Below, piece by piece: positions 27,725-37,956 of a stretch of 64,000 nt of DNA. Made by a program: the position numbers and the translations under genes. Source of the stretch: an uncultured Acidobacteriaceae bacterium (GTDB lineage Bacteria > Acidobacteriota > Terriglobia > Terriglobales > Acidobacteriaceae); assembly GCA_963710545.1 (NCBI GenBank), contig CAVQAJ010000011.1, forward strand, positions 203,113 through 267,112. Reading direction: 5' to 3'. Positions within the stretch are counted from its first letter, which is position 1, and the number at the start of each line of letters is the position of its first letter. The notes under the pieces were generated by a model that was not told the origin of the DNA, ran no database searches, and saw nothing but the letters and a program-made list of their open reading frames with translations.

Positions 27725-29908
27725 TTATGGCTCCTCAATGATAGCCAAATCCCACGGCGCAAGCGTGAGATTGGCGCCGTGCGCCACGGGTTTTCCGTCA
27801 AGCAGATTGGCGCCGTTAGCATAGGCGTAAGTGAGTTTCACTTCGTCGCCGGAGTAGTTGAAGTAGTAATGCAGCCGCTTGCCCAGGCGGTTGACGCCGT
27901 GCTGCACGTGGACCGATGCGGGCGCCTGCTGGTCGCGACCGGTGAGTCCGAGCTTGTCGAGTTCCCCCTTCAACACCGCGGTCTGCAGCTTGTCGGAAAG
28001 ATAAGTTCCCTCGTAGAGCAATCTTCCGGAACCGAACTCGTTTTCGGTGATGGCCGGCCACTTGCCGAAGAAGGGGTGGTCATAGAAGGCGATGGCTTTG
28101 GCGTGCTCGGGCATCAGGAACTCGGCCCAGTAAGAGACTTTGTTGTCGGCGCCCAAGTGAAAGGGATCGCCCTTGAGGGCGAGCGGGCGCTCGAGGCTGG
28201 AAAACTCCTGGTAGCTGAAGCCGGCCGCTTCACGGAGCGGCCCAGGCGCGCGCACCCAACGCACTGCGGAGTTCTCGTTGGCAAAGCCACTCTTGAAGGT
28301 CATCACCACGTGGCCGCCGTTCTTTACATAGTCCGCAATGCGCTGCAGCAACGCGTCGTCGGCGATGTAGAGCGCGGGAACGAGGAGCAGGTTGTACTGG
28401 GAGAAATCCTGCGTCTCCGGAAAGACGAAGTCCGCGCCAACGTTCAGATCGTAGAGCGCCTTGTGCATCTGCTGCACCAGCGAGCCGTACCCATCGGGCT
28501 CTCCGGTCCAGCTCCTGGCCGGCACCCCGCCGCCATATGGCATAAAGCCGATCGCATTGGCCGAGTCGCGGCTCCACAGAATCGCCACCGGGTTCTTAAT
28601 CTGCAAACCCACCAGGTGCGGGCCAATCTTTTCCAGCTCATGCGCCGTGCGGCTCACCTCGTTGTAGACGCGATTGGGCTCGAGATCGTGCGAGAGCACT
28701 CCCTTCCAATAGGTTTCCTGGTTGCCGTGTATTGACGCCCAGTGCCAGTACTCCACCATGTTGGCGCCGTTGGCCAGGTAGGTGTAGACATCCTCGCGAA
28801 TCTGTCCGTCGTAAGGCGGAAACTGGCCGCCGGAAGTCCAGCCAATGGTCTGAGCGTTGGTCTCGGTGACCAGAAAGTTCGAGTGCCGCAGGGAGCGCGA
28901 GAAGTCGCTCTGCATCGCCTGGAAGGAGCCGCCGTATTCGTCCTGCGTGCCGTGATAGATGTTGTCGGCGACGATGTCGAGCGAGCCGGCGATCGCCTCT
29001 TCATTCACGTCGCGCTTCATCATGCCGCCGTAATCGGTGGTGATGAACTGGCTCGCGGCCGCGCACTCGCGCACCAGCGCCGCCTGCCAGTGGAGAAAAT
29101 CCGTCACGCGCATCTGGCTCCAGCGCGTCCACTCCAGCTTGTAGCCTGTTGAGATCGTCCCGTCGCGCCGCGGCAGGTCTTCCCAGGTGTGCAGGTTTTC
29201 CCCCCAATAGTTGAGGAACCAGGCCTTGGAGAGCGCCTCGGGCGTAACGAATTTCCTTTCCAGGTAATGCTGGAAGCCGATAAACACGTCGGGATTGGCG
29301 GCGTCGTAGCTGCCGGTCTCGTTGTCGAGCTGCCAGCCGATCACGGTGGGGTTGTCCTTGTAGTGGGCGACGATGTGGCGGATGAGGCGCTCGGCGTAGA
29401 AGCGGTAGGCGGGCGAATCGGTGTCCATGTTCTGGCGGATGCCGTAGACGCTGGGCGCCGGCTTGCCGCCGAACATGCCTGGAGGAATGCGGTCGGCGAA
29501 GATCTCAGGATGCTGATGCGCCATCCACGCCGGGATGGAGTAGGTGGGCGTGCCGAGAATGACCTTGATGCCGGCCTTGCCCATGGCGTCGACCACGCGG
29601 TCCATCCAGGCGTATTCGAAGCGGCCGTCCTCCGGCTCCCATAGGCTCCAGGTCGATTCGCCCATGCGCACCACATTGAGGCCGGCGGCTTTCATCAGAG
29701 CCACGTCCTTGACCAGCCGCGCGGCATGGTCCGCGTCGTCGCCGGGCATGTATTCGTTGTAGTAGGCCGCGCCGTAGAGCACGGTGGGAAAGCTGAGGTC
29801 GGGGCCGGCGGAGGCGGGCGGCGGGGCTTGCGCGAGGGCTGGGATGGAACTTGCAAAAATGGCGATGGCTGCGAAGGCGAGAAAGCGTTCCCTTTGGAAG
29901 TGCATCAT
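27725..29908 (-). CDS. GH42-family beta-galactosidase with a signal peptide
   Basis: MMHFQRERFLAFAAIAIFASSIPALAQA, then YYNEYMPGD...LMKAAGLNVVRMGESTWSLWEPEDGRFEYAWMDRVVDAMGKAGIKVILGTPT...WQLDNETG. Confidence 0.85.
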   Translation of the reverse strand: MMHFQRERFLAFAAIAIFASSIPALAQAPPPASAGPDLSFPTVLYGAAYYNEYMPGDDADHAARLVKDVALMKAAGLNVVRMGESTWSLWEPEDGRFEYAWMDRVVDAMGKAGIKVILGTPTYSIPAWMAHQHPEIFADRIPPGMFGGKPAPSVYGIRQNMDTDSPAYRFYAERLIRHIVAHYKDNPTVIGWQLDNETGSYDAANPDVFIGFQHYLERKFVTPEALSKAWFLNYWGENLHTWEDLPRRDGTISTGYKLEWTRWSQMRVTDFLHWQAALVRECAAASQFITTDYGGMMKRDVNEEAIAGSLDIVADNIYHGTQDEYGGSFQAMQSDFSRSLRHSNFLVTETNAQTIGWTSGGQFPPYDGQIREDVYTYLANGANMVEYWHWASIHGNQETYWKGVLSHDLEPNRVYNEVSRTAHELEKIGPHLVGLQIKNPVAILWSRDSANAIGFMPYGGGVPARSWTGEPDGYGSLVQQMHKALYDLNVGADFVFPETQDFSQYNLLLVPALYIADDALLQRIADYVKNGGHVVMTFKSGFANENSAVRWVRAPGPLREAAGFSYQEFSSLERPLALKGDPFHLGADNKVSYWAEFLMPEHAKAIAFYDHPFFGKWPAITENEFGSGRLLYEGTYLSDKLQTAVLKGELDKLGLTGRDQQAPASVHVQHGVNRLGKRLHYYFNYSGDEVKLTYAYANGANLLDGKPVAHGANLTLAPWDLAIIEEP

Positions 29909-29972
29909 CTGTCCTCTTCCTCTTTTGAATCGAAAGGCAAGTCTATACCAGGAAGACTATCGCAGAAGTCAA

Positions 29973-30410
29973 TCAGTTTTCCCAGGGATTCAGAAGCGAT
30001 ACGCCTGTAGTCTGGAAATGAGCGACGTTGCGTGTGACAACAGTCAAGCCATGAATGAGCGCCGTTGCGGCGATCAAGGCATCCCGCTCCGGGCGAAGAT
30101 TTGGCACGTGAAGAGCCGCACACTTCAACGCGATCTGGGTGTCGACCGGCAACACGCGACCGGCAAAAGCGGTGAGTACGTGCTTATCAAGCCATTGACG
30201 CAGAACGGCGCCCTGCCGCGGATCGCGGGCCTGCATCAGAAGGGTGCCGTATTCCAGTTCGAGAATGGTGACCACGGAAAGAAACTGGCTGGCTTCCAGA
30301 ACGCTCTTTGACCAGGCAAGAACGTTGCGGTCCACCTTGGAAGGCACGCCTTGCTTTACCGGAGACTTGCGCAACTCCGAAACCACGTTTGTATCCAGCA
30401 AATACATCAT
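29973..30410 (-). CDS. vapC: PIN-domain ribonuclease toxin VapC (FitB-like)
   Basis: MMYLLDTNVVSELRK...SVVTILELEYG...ALIAATALIHGLTVVTRNVAHF has the PIN acidic residues D, E, D and N. It overlaps the upstream antitoxin ORF by 4 bp. Confidence 0.88.
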   Translation of the reverse strand: MMYLLDTNVVSELRKSPVKQGVPSKVDRNVLAWSKSVLEASQFLSVVTILELEYGTLLMQARDPRQGAVLRQWLDKHVLTAFAGRVLPVDTQIALKCAALHVPNLRPERDALIAATALIHGLTVVTRNVAHFQTTGVSLLNPWEN

Positions 30411-30685
30411 GACAGGTCAACTGGGTAGCGAAGGATGTCGCCCATCCGCGGCGGATCGAATTCGATCTCTGCTGCTTCGGGCATGGCAAGCAAGTCCGCG
30501 ATGCTCTGGGATTTGCCAGTCATCTTCTGGTATTCACCAATCGACAGAAGCACCATGGCTGGGCGTCCGCGGTCGGTGATGAACACCGGCCCTTTAAGGA
30601 CAGCCTTCTTGGCGCGGCTTCTGTTCTGATTGAACTCTCTGCTGGAAAGGGTGGTTATGGCCAAGGCACACCTCCGATGTAGCAA
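30407..30685 (-). CDS. Phd/YefM-type antitoxin (VapB partner)
   Basis: ...ITTLSSREFNQNRSRAKKAVLKGPVFITDRGRPAMVLLSIGEYQKM... is the typical Phd/YefM N-terminal fold sequence. It shows ATGA overlap coupling with vapC. The exact start is uncertain. Confidence 0.75.
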   Translation of the reverse strand: MLHRRCALAITTLSSREFNQNRSRAKKAVLKGPVFITDRGRPAMVLLSIGEYQKMTGKSQSIADLLAMPEAAEIEFDPPRMGDILRYPVDLS

Positions 30686-30713
30686 CGTAGCTACATTCTA
30701 GCACGGATTCCAT

Positions 30714-31907
30714 CTATTCAAACGTCAGCAAAACCATCTCCGGAGTTGTTCCAACCCGCATGGGAGGGCCCCAGGTTCCGGCGCCGTAGGAGGTGTAAAC
30801 CTGGAGCGCACCGAACATGTTGAGCCCGTGGGTGAACTTGCCGAAGACGCGCCGGGTGAGCCAGGTGAAGGGGAATATCTGCCCGCCGTGGGTGTGGCCG
30901 GAGAGCTGCAGGCTGACGCCGGCTTCCTCCACGATGGGCAGGCGGTTGGGCACGTGGTTGAGCAGAATGCTGGCGCTGCCACGGTCAAGCTTCATTGCTT
31001 CGAGCGAGGCGCGCAGGCGGATGGGGAAGGTGGTGTCGTGGTACGGGACACCCAGAATTTGCAGGCCGTCGACGACGACTTTCTCGTTGGCCAGCACGCG
31101 CACGCCGGCGCGGGTGAGGGCGGCGAGAAAGCGCGCGGTGTCGCCAAACTCGTCGTGGTTGCCCGTGGAGAAGTACATGCCGAAGGGCGGGGAAAGCCGC
31201 TTGAAAGGCGCGGCCAGCCGGTCGGGATCGGCTTTGGCGCCGTCAAAGAAGTCGCCGGGAATGAAGATCGCGTCCGGCTCGAGTCCGGCGGCGAGAGTGG
31301 CGATGCGGCGGCTGAAGCGCAGCGCGTTAACGTGGCCCAGATGGAGGTCGCTGACCAGCAGCGCCCGGCGTCCGCGCCACGACAGCGGCAGGTTGGCAAG
31401 GCGGATGGAGACGCGGCGGATGCGCACCCGGCGCGCGTTGAGCAGGCCGTAGAAGCCGACGGCCAGCGCAACGTCCAGGAAGAACCAGGCGATCAGCGGG
31501 CGGTGCTGCGCCGCCGCCGGGTCGAGCCGGCTCAGCAGCAGCGCACCCCAGACCAGCCAGCTCAGGCAGGCGGCGCAAAAGAGAAACGTGAGGAATCCCA
31601 GCCAGACCGCCGCAACCCGGTAAATGACCTTGACGAGCAGGCTTGCCGAGTAAAAGCTGAGCAGCGCGGCCACAACAAAGCTGCAAGCCAGCAGCAGCAG
31701 CGCAGCGCGCAGCGCCAGGTCCTCATGCGGCGGGGGGTGACCGCAAAAGGCAACCCAGGCTTTATAGAGAAACCAATTTTCCAGCAGAAAAGTGCATTGG
31801 ATGAAGGCAATTCCCAGGACAGGCCAGGCTTTCAAACCGGAAGCTCCTTCCTTCAATTCTTGCATGAACGGCGGATCGCAAGACCGGCGACGGGGTGGCT
31901 GCTGCAT
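30714..31907 (-). CDS. Membrane-anchored metallophosphoesterase (calcineurin-like, YkuE-type)
   Basis: Four to five N-terminal TM helices, then RALLVSDLHLGH...IFIPGDFFDG...STGNHDEF...LLNHVP...SGHTHGGQI. The start may instead be the ATG at 31865, because the ATG at 31907 is only 6 nt from the divergent hemN-like ATG. Confidence 0.8.
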   Translation of the reverse strand: MQQPPRRRSCDPPFMQELKEGASGLKAWPVLGIAFIQCTFLLENWFLYKAWVAFCGHPPPHEDLALRAALLLLACSFVVAALLSFYSASLLVKVIYRVAAVWLGFLTFLFCAACLSWLVWGALLLSRLDPAAAQHRPLIAWFFLDVALAVGFYGLLNARRVRIRRVSIRLANLPLSWRGRRALLVSDLHLGHVNALRFSRRIATLAAGLEPDAIFIPGDFFDGAKADPDRLAAPFKRLSPPFGMYFSTGNHDEFGDTARFLAALTRAGVRVLANEKVVVDGLQILGVPYHDTTFPIRLRASLEAMKLDRGSASILLNHVPNRLPIVEEAGVSLQLSGHTHGGQIFPFTWLTRRVFGKFTHGLNMFGALQVYTSYGAGTWGPPMRVGTTPEMVLLTFE

Positions 31908-31913
31908 GAAACA

Positions 31914-33266
31914 ATGGCCCTGATGGGTTCTCAGGCAGACAACGCGCTCGGGCTTTATCTATCGATCCCTTTTTGCCGGTCGAAGTGCACCTATTGCAAC
32001 TTCGCCTCCGGGGTTTATCCGGCCAGCGAACATGCGCGCTATGTGGAGAGGCTGATCGAGGACCTGCGCGCCGCCGGGGCGTGGGCGGAGCGGATGGGTT
32101 TGGAGCTGCTCCGTCGCGTCGACACGGTTTACCTGGGCGGGGGGACACCCAGCCTGCTGGAGCCGGAGTTGGTGGAGCGGTTGTTCGCAGCCATGCGGGC
32201 CGCATTCGACCTGGAGCCGGACGCGGAGATCACGGCGGAATGCGCGCCGGGCCAGATTGCGGACGCAACCCTCGACGCGTTTCAGGCGGTGGGCGTGAAT
32301 CGCGTGAGCCTGGGGGTGCAGTCGTTCGTCGACCGCGAGGCGCAGGTCAGCGGTCGTCTGCACTCGCGCGCCGTGGTCGAGCAGGATCTGGTCCGGCTGC
32401 GCGCGACCGGCATTGCCAACCTCAACGTGGACCTGATCGCGGGACTGGCCGGGCAGACCGCGGCCACCTGGGAGCAGTCGCTGACGGCGCTGGTTGACTG
32501 CGGCGTTCCCCACGCCAGCGTGTACATGCTCGAGGTGGATGAGGATTCGCGGCTGGGCCGCGAGATGCTCTCCGGCGGCGCGCGCTACTCCGCCGGACTG
32601 GTTCCCATAGACGACGCGATTGCCGGGATGTATACGCGGGCCATTGAGCGCCTGGCTGAAGCCGGCCTCAAGCAGTACGAGATCTCGAACTTCTGCCGTC
32701 CGGGGTTCGTCTCGCGCCATAATCTGCGCTACTGGCAGCGGCGGCCTTACCTCGGGCTTGGCCTCGATGCGTCCTCTATGCTCCGCGAAGCAGCATTGCA
32801 TGCAGCGGGCGCATTGCATGCAGCGGACTGTTTTCCGCATCGCGGGGGCGCTGGCGACGCCGGCTATGTGCTGCGTTCGACGACGACCAGCGACTTGGCC
32901 GAGTATCTTGCCGGGCCGGAGCCGGTGGAGACGGCGTGGCTTTCACCCTCGCGGCAGCACGAGGAAGCCTGGTTCCTGGGACTGCGGCTGAATCGCGGGG
33001 TCGAAGGGCCTGCGCTGGAGCGGGAATTTGGCTGCGCGCCTGTCGCGCGGGCCATGGAAGTGGTGAAGCGGCTCGTCGCGGTTGGCTTGTTGCAGTCGGA
33101 CGGGAGAATGGTCCGGTTGACGGCGCAGGGGCAACTGCTCTCTAACGATGTCTTCCAGGAGTTCCTGGGACTGGACGCGGGCGAAGTGGAAGACAGCCTG
33201 CAGACGAACGCCGAAGGCTCTTTGCGGGGCTCAGGCGTTTCCAGGATGGCTGCTACCGGAGGCTGA
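31914..33266 (+). CDS. Radical SAM coproporphyrinogen-III oxidase family protein (HemN/HemW-like)
   Basis: LGLYLSIPFCRSKCTYCNFAS (CxxxCxxC), ...VYLGGGTPSLL..., ...NRVSLGVQSF..., ...NVDLIAGLAGQT... The ORF-track N-terminal extension (from 30828) is rejected as antisense shadow. Confidence 0.85.
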   Translation: MALMGSQADNALGLYLSIPFCRSKCTYCNFASGVYPASEHARYVERLIEDLRAAGAWAERMGLELLRRVDTVYLGGGTPSLLEPELVERLFAAMRAAFDLEPDAEITAECAPGQIADATLDAFQAVGVNRVSLGVQSFVDREAQVSGRLHSRAVVEQDLVRLRATGIANLNVDLIAGLAGQTAATWEQSLTALVDCGVPHASVYMLEVDEDSRLGREMLSGGARYSAGLVPIDDAIAGMYTRAIERLAEAGLKQYEISNFCRPGFVSRHNLRYWQRRPYLGLGLDASSMLREAALHAAGALHAADCFPHRGGAGDAGYVLRSTTTSDLAEYLAGPEPVETAWLSPSRQHEEAWFLGLRLNRGVEGPALEREFGCAPVARAMEVVKRLVAVGLLQSDGRMVRLTAQGQLLSNDVFQEFLGLDAGEVEDSLQTNAEGSLRGSGVSRMAATGG

Positions 33267-33524
33267 ACCGTCTGGTCCCGATGCCGCGCTCGCAGAGAAG
33301 AGTGGGAAAATATAGCACACTCTTTGTGGGCGCTTTCCACTCAAGATCAGGCGAAGGGGCTGGCTCTTGAGCCCAAAACTGCCCTTCTTTCTAGGGGTTC
33401 TGTTGCCGAGTCGTAACTGGGAAGCCAGCGGCCGACAATCGGTTTTGTCGCCAGAGGCTTCTCCAGGGATGGATTTCGGGTAATACTACATTTTCACTCC
33501 AGCCGACTAAAAGGAGACTTGCTC

Positions 33525-34052
33525 ATGCTCAGACCCAGGACCGCTCTGTTTCTCGTCGCAGGTGTGCTGTTCGCCGTGCTGCAATCGGGGTGCATGCGGA
33601 CTCCGTCAGCCGCGACGGCAATGCCCGATACCCGCGCTCTCGACGAAAAAGCCATCCGCGATAGCGAAGCAGCCTGGGTAAAGGCTTTCGCGACGAAAGA
33701 GCCCGAGAAGGCGGCCGCCTTTTATGCAGACGATGCCGCTTCGATGCTCCCCGACACACCGCTGATGACAAGCAGAAAGGCGATCGTCGCCGGGATGAAA
33801 CCCGAGTTGGGCGACCCGAACTTCTCACTGGTGTTTGCGCCGACCAAGGTGGAAATCTCAAAATCGGGAGACATTGCGTATTCACAAGGTACGTTCAAAT
33901 ACACGACTACCGATCCCAAGACCAAGAAGCGTGTAGGCCAGGCGGGCAACTATGTCGAGGTCTATAAAAAGCAGGCGGACGGAACCTGGAAGGTTGAAGC
34001 TGACATTGCGACAGAAGAGACACCGCTGCATGTGCTTAGGCGCGGAGAGTGA
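33525..34052 (+). CDS. Lipoprotein with an NTF2-like (SnoaL/DUF4440-type) domain
   Basis: AAGGAG lies 8 nt upstream of the ATG at 33525. The lipobox-like sequence is VLQSGC. ...DEKAIRDSEAAWVKAFATKEPEKAAAFYADDAASMLPD...GNYVEVYKKQADGTWKV. Confidence 0.7.
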   Translation: MLRPRTALFLVAGVLFAVLQSGCMRTPSAATAMPDTRALDEKAIRDSEAAWVKAFATKEPEKAAAFYADDAASMLPDTPLMTSRKAIVAGMKPELGDPNFSLVFAPTKVEISKSGDIAYSQGTFKYTTTDPKTKKRVGQAGNYVEVYKKQADGTWKVEADIATEETPLHVLRRGE

Positions 34053-34090
34053 AGGGCCGCTCAGGCTAACTAGCGGAGAATTCTGCCACC

Positions 34091-35692
34091 CTAGAGTTTT
34101 TCTGCCACGCTTTTGGCCTGGGTGAAGAGGTAGAGATAATCCGGCCCGCCGGCTTTGGAGTCGGTGCCGCTCATGTTGAAGCCGCCGAAAGGATGTGCGC
34201 CGACCATGGCGCCGGTGCACTTGCGGTTGAGATAGAGATTGCCGACATGGAACTCGCGGGCCGCGTGGTCCAGTTGTGCGCGGTTGGCGGAGTAGATGGC
34301 GCCGGTGAGGCCGTACTCGGTGTTGTTGGCCACCGCCAGGCCCTCTTGGAAACCTCTCACCTGAATGATGGCGAGGACGGGGCCGAAGATCTCTTCCTGG
34401 GCCAGCACCGCGTCCGGGGCGATGTCGGCGAAGACGGTGGGCTCCAGGTAGAAGCCGCCGTCCGCGTTCTCGGCCGGTCGCCGCGGCGACCCGCCGCAGA
34501 TGAGGCGCCCCTCCTGCTTGCCGGTTTCGATATAGGCAAGCATGGAGTCGAGCGCGGCCTTGTTGATGACCGGGCCCAGGTTGTGGTTCTCCGCCGGGTC
34601 GCCGACGGTGAGTTTGGCGACCTTCTCGCGAACGCGCTCGACAAACACGTCGTAGAGCGGCGCTTCAACAATGGCGCGGGAGCAGGCGGAGCACTTCTGG
34701 CCGCTGAAGCCGAAGGCCGCGGCTACAACCCCGTCGACGGCGGCGTCGAGATCGGCGTCGGCGCAGACCAGGATCGAGTCTTTGCCGCCCATTTCGAGGA
34801 TGGTGCGCTTGATCCAGATCTGGCCGGGCCGGGCTCGGGCGGCGCGCTCGTGAATCTCCAACCCAACAGACTTGGAGCCGGTGAAGGCGATGAACCGTGT
34901 CTTGGGGTGTTCGACGATGGCGTTGCCGAAGGTCGAGCCGGAGCCGGGGCAGAAGTTGACCACGCCGCCGGGCATGCCCGCCTCTTCTAACACCTCGACA
35001 AACTTGGCGGCTATCGTTGGCGAGTCGCTGGAGGGTTTGAGGATGACGGTGTTGCCGGCAACGATGGAGGCCGCGGTCATGCCGGCCATGATGGCGAAGG
35101 GGAAGTTCCACGGGGGAATGACCGCGCCCACGCCCAGCGGGATATAGACCAGCCGGTCGCGTTCGCCGGGGTACTGGATGGGGGGGGTGGCGGCGGCCAG
35201 GCGCAGGGCCTCGCGGGAATAGAACTCGAGGAAGTCGATGGTCTCGCCCACGTCGGCGTCGGCCTCGGCCCAGTTTTTGCCCACTTCATAGGTGAGCCAG
35301 GCGCAGAACTCGAAGTGACGGCTGCGGATGATCTCCGCCGCTTTGAGCAGCAGAGACACCCTTGTTCCGACCGGGGTCCGGCTCCAGGACTCGAAGGCGT
35401 GGAGGGCCGCGGCCATGGCGTCTTCGGCGTGCTCCGCCCCGGCCTTCTGGTGGATGCCGACTACCTGGGCGGGGCGCGCCGGATTGAGGGAGCGGATTTT
35501 GCTCTCGGTGCGCAACCGCCGGCTGCCGACGACCAGATCGTATTCGCGGCCCAACTCGCTGCCGACGTGCGCCAGCGCGTCTTTCATGGCGCGGATGTTT
35601 TCAGCGGTTTTGAAATTGGTGAAAGGCTCATTGGCGAAGCCGCCCCGGGGGGTGCGCGGCTGAATCCGGGTGGAAAACGTTGCGGTAACCAT
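34091..35692 (-). CDS. pruA: L-glutamate gamma-semialdehyde (1-pyrroline-5-carboxylate) dehydrogenase
   Basis: MVTATFSTRIQPRTPRGGFANEPFTNFKTAENIRAMKDAL...SLNPARPAQVVG... Aldehyde dehydrogenase motifs are FTGS, LEMGGKD and GQKCSACSR. I chose the start at 35692; the ORF track extends to 35863. Confidence 0.9.
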   Translation of the reverse strand: MVTATFSTRIQPRTPRGGFANEPFTNFKTAENIRAMKDALAHVGSELGREYDLVVGSRRLRTESKIRSLNPARPAQVVGIHQKAGAEHAEDAMAAALHAFESWSRTPVGTRVSLLLKAAEIIRSRHFEFCAWLTYEVGKNWAEADADVGETIDFLEFYSREALRLAAATPPIQYPGERDRLVYIPLGVGAVIPPWNFPFAIMAGMTAASIVAGNTVILKPSSDSPTIAAKFVEVLEEAGMPGGVVNFCPGSGSTFGNAIVEHPKTRFIAFTGSKSVGLEIHERAARARPGQIWIKRTILEMGGKDSILVCADADLDAAVDGVVAAAFGFSGQKCSACSRAIVEAPLYDVFVERVREKVAKLTVGDPAENHNLGPVINKAALDSMLAYIETGKQEGRLICGGSPRRPAENADGGFYLEPTVFADIAPDAVLAQEEIFGPVLAIIQVRGFQEGLAVANNTEYGLTGAIYSANRAQLDHAAREFHVGNLYLNRKCTGAMVGAHPFGGFNMSGTDSKAGGPDYLYLFTQAKSVAEKL

Positions 35693-35939
35693 AGCGCCTC
35701 TAGTGTAGTCCCACAGGGAGAGGGTCGGCGAGTTGGCCGGTCGCCTGGTAGGTGGCGGGCCATGGATCAAGGCAGCACGTAGCGCAGGTTGGCGTAGCCG
35801 GCAAAGACGTGCGCGTCTTTGGGAGCGCCGGGGGCCAGGGACCACGGAGCCCGTGCGACGCACGAACTCTGGGCGATGATGCGAACAGCGCGATGGTCCA
35901 TCGCACCATCCTCGTCCCGGAGTTCCAATACGGCTGTGG

Positions 35940-37448
35940 CTACCTCTTGCCGTTGTCTTTGAAGTTCAGCGCAATGTAGTAGGTCGTGTACGAGTTGCTG
36001 GCTGACACGTTCGACAGGAACTGGCCGCCGCTGAAGTAGCCAATGCCGCCGCCCAGATTGAAGTGCTTGTTGAGTTCATACCAGGAGTAGCCATCGATTT
36101 CCGCGCCCACATGGCGGCCGTGGGCGGTCTTGTTGTACACGATCGAATTGCCCGAAGTGTTGTAGATCGAGTCCAGCGCCGAAGCCGCCCAAAAGTCCAG
36201 CCCCTGCACCGTGAAGGTGAGCCGCCGGTGGGGCTCAACGGTTGCGCCCGCGCGCACCGCCTGAATGTTCTGCCAGCCGAACAGGTCGGTGATGCCAAAG
36301 CGGTCGTGGGCTGTCGGGTAGATGGTATCGAAGGTGGAGTGCCTTCCGTTCTGTGCCGGATTGCTGTTGCCCGAGGCGTAGTCGTACTGGGTAAAGACGC
36401 GCGGCTTGGCCGCGACATTGAGGAACTGGTACGCCGCGCCAGCCTGCGTCGCCCAGGCGTGGATGCTTTCCGGTCCCACTGTGCCGCGTTCGAAGATCAG
36501 CTCGCCCGAGTAGTCGAACGCCGTGCGGGCTTGCGCCTTGAAGCGCCCGCCAAAAGCCTTCTCGTCTTCCTTGCCGGTTTTCTTGCTCACGGGCGGCTCG
36601 ACAACTTCCGCCGGCTGCACGCGCCACAGGAAGAACGGCTCAAGGTTCGAGTGCGGCACCAGGTCATCGATGCGGCCGTAGGCTCCGTAGATGTTGTTGC
36701 CTTCCTGATGCGGGCTCACTCCATAGGCCTGCGGCACAACAGGCGAGGCGGCGAACAGCCCCAAGTGCTCGCGCTTCGCGTTCAGGTTCAGCACCGCCGC
36801 ATCGTAGGAACGGGCCTGGTTCCGCCACTCGGAGTTGGCGAGGATGGTGTTGTTGTAGTTGATGAGCTGCCGGCCGACGCGCAGGCTGAACCAGTGCTTG
36901 TCGGGCGCGCCGACCTCGGCGTAGGCCAGCTTCAGATCCCAGCGAACCGTGTTCGGCGGGCCGATGGGCGGGTTTTGGAAGCCCGCGCGAGCGTCCTGCA
37001 CCTGCGCCGTAACGCGGAACCAACGGGGCGTATGCAGATTCACCTGGAAACGGAATCGGTTCAACAGGTAGGAGTCATCGGCATTCGCCTTGAGGTTCGA
37101 ATTGCCGTAGGCCTCGTAGCGGAGCCGCTCCTCGGCCACAACATCGATCCACCTGGGCAGCTTTTCGTCAAGATAGGTGACCGGGGCAAAGTCGTGAAAG
37201 TCGTAGGGCGCCGGGTTGGCGGTGGTACGCCAGGCCGGGCCGTTCAGGAAGCTCAGCGGGTTCGCGGCCGGCCCGGTGATGAATAAGCCATTGAACCCGG
37301 AGGCCCCGTGCTGCGTGGTGATGTCGTCCTGCGCGGCCAGGGGCAGGCCGGCCGCTATAGCAAACAGAAACAGGACAGCAGAGATGGATAGCGGAAACCG
37401 GCGCAGGGAAGCAGACATAACAGTATCAAGAAGTTTTTGCGTTCGCAT
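35940..37448 (-). CDS. Alginate-export (AlgE-like) family outer-membrane beta-barrel porin
   Basis: Signal peptide, then ...ERLRYEAYGNSNLKANADDSYLLNRFRFQVNLHTPRWFRVTAQVQDARAGF...WDLKLAYAEVG...LRVGRQLINYNN..SEWRNQARSYDAA. This pattern is typical of Alginate_exp proteins. Confidence 0.7.
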   Translation of the reverse strand: MRTQKLLDTVMSASLRRFPLSISAVLFLFAIAAGLPLAAQDDITTQHGASGFNGLFITGPAANPLSFLNGPAWRTTANPAPYDFHDFAPVTYLDEKLPRWIDVVAEERLRYEAYGNSNLKANADDSYLLNRFRFQVNLHTPRWFRVTAQVQDARAGFQNPPIGPPNTVRWDLKLAYAEVGAPDKHWFSLRVGRQLINYNNTILANSEWRNQARSYDAAVLNLNAKREHLGLFAASPVVPQAYGVSPHQEGNNIYGAYGRIDDLVPHSNLEPFFLWRVQPAEVVEPPVSKKTGKEDEKAFGGRFKAQARTAFDYSGELIFERGTVGPESIHAWATQAGAAYQFLNVAAKPRVFTQYDYASGNSNPAQNGRHSTFDTIYPTAHDRFGITDLFGWQNIQAVRAGATVEPHRRLTFTVQGLDFWAASALDSIYNTSGNSIVYNKTAHGRHVGAEIDGYSWYELNKHFNLGGGIGYFSGGQFLSNVSASNSYTTYYIALNFKDNGKR

Positions 37449-37956
37449 GAAAAATAATCTCCGAGATCATCGCGCTCCGCCGGTCCAAACCCGCAGGTCA
37501 GGCGCAGCGGCGCGATTGAGTAGTTCATCTCTTGTAGGTAATGAAGAAAGGAAAACCAGGCTGTCACGAAGAATCAACAACAACGGCGCAAACGCGCGGG
37601 GAGCGCGGCGCTAAAAGCGGCCTGGAGACCGGCTATGCGGCGGCCGGATGCGGCGGGGATGGGATGGGTTGAATTCCGCAGCACAGGTGTCCTTTGCTTG
37701 GCAAGAGCGTCAGAGTTTGATTGGCGATGGAAGCCGGGAGATCGCGGACGAGCCAGCGGGAGCTAGCGGAGGGTGGAACAACAGCACGCGATTCTGAGGG
37801 CGGCGATGTGCATAACCTGTTGTTCCAACATAACGGGGATCGGATGTGCTGTCAACGGGCCTGTGCTTGGACAAGGCCGCGTGGGGGGCTTGAGAAAGCG
37901 TGCCGCAACTGCTACTCTTTCAGGCAAAGGCGCGTCCCTTGCATTGGGGGTGTGCG

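Noticed and set aside
37449-37956. Possible riboswitch or c-di-GMP-responsive leader in the 500-bp gap upstream of the AlgE-like porin and the secreted-protein gene.
   Set aside because: I could not recognise any known riboswitch core (GEMM-I/II or others) by eye. It needs a covariance-model scan before any claim.
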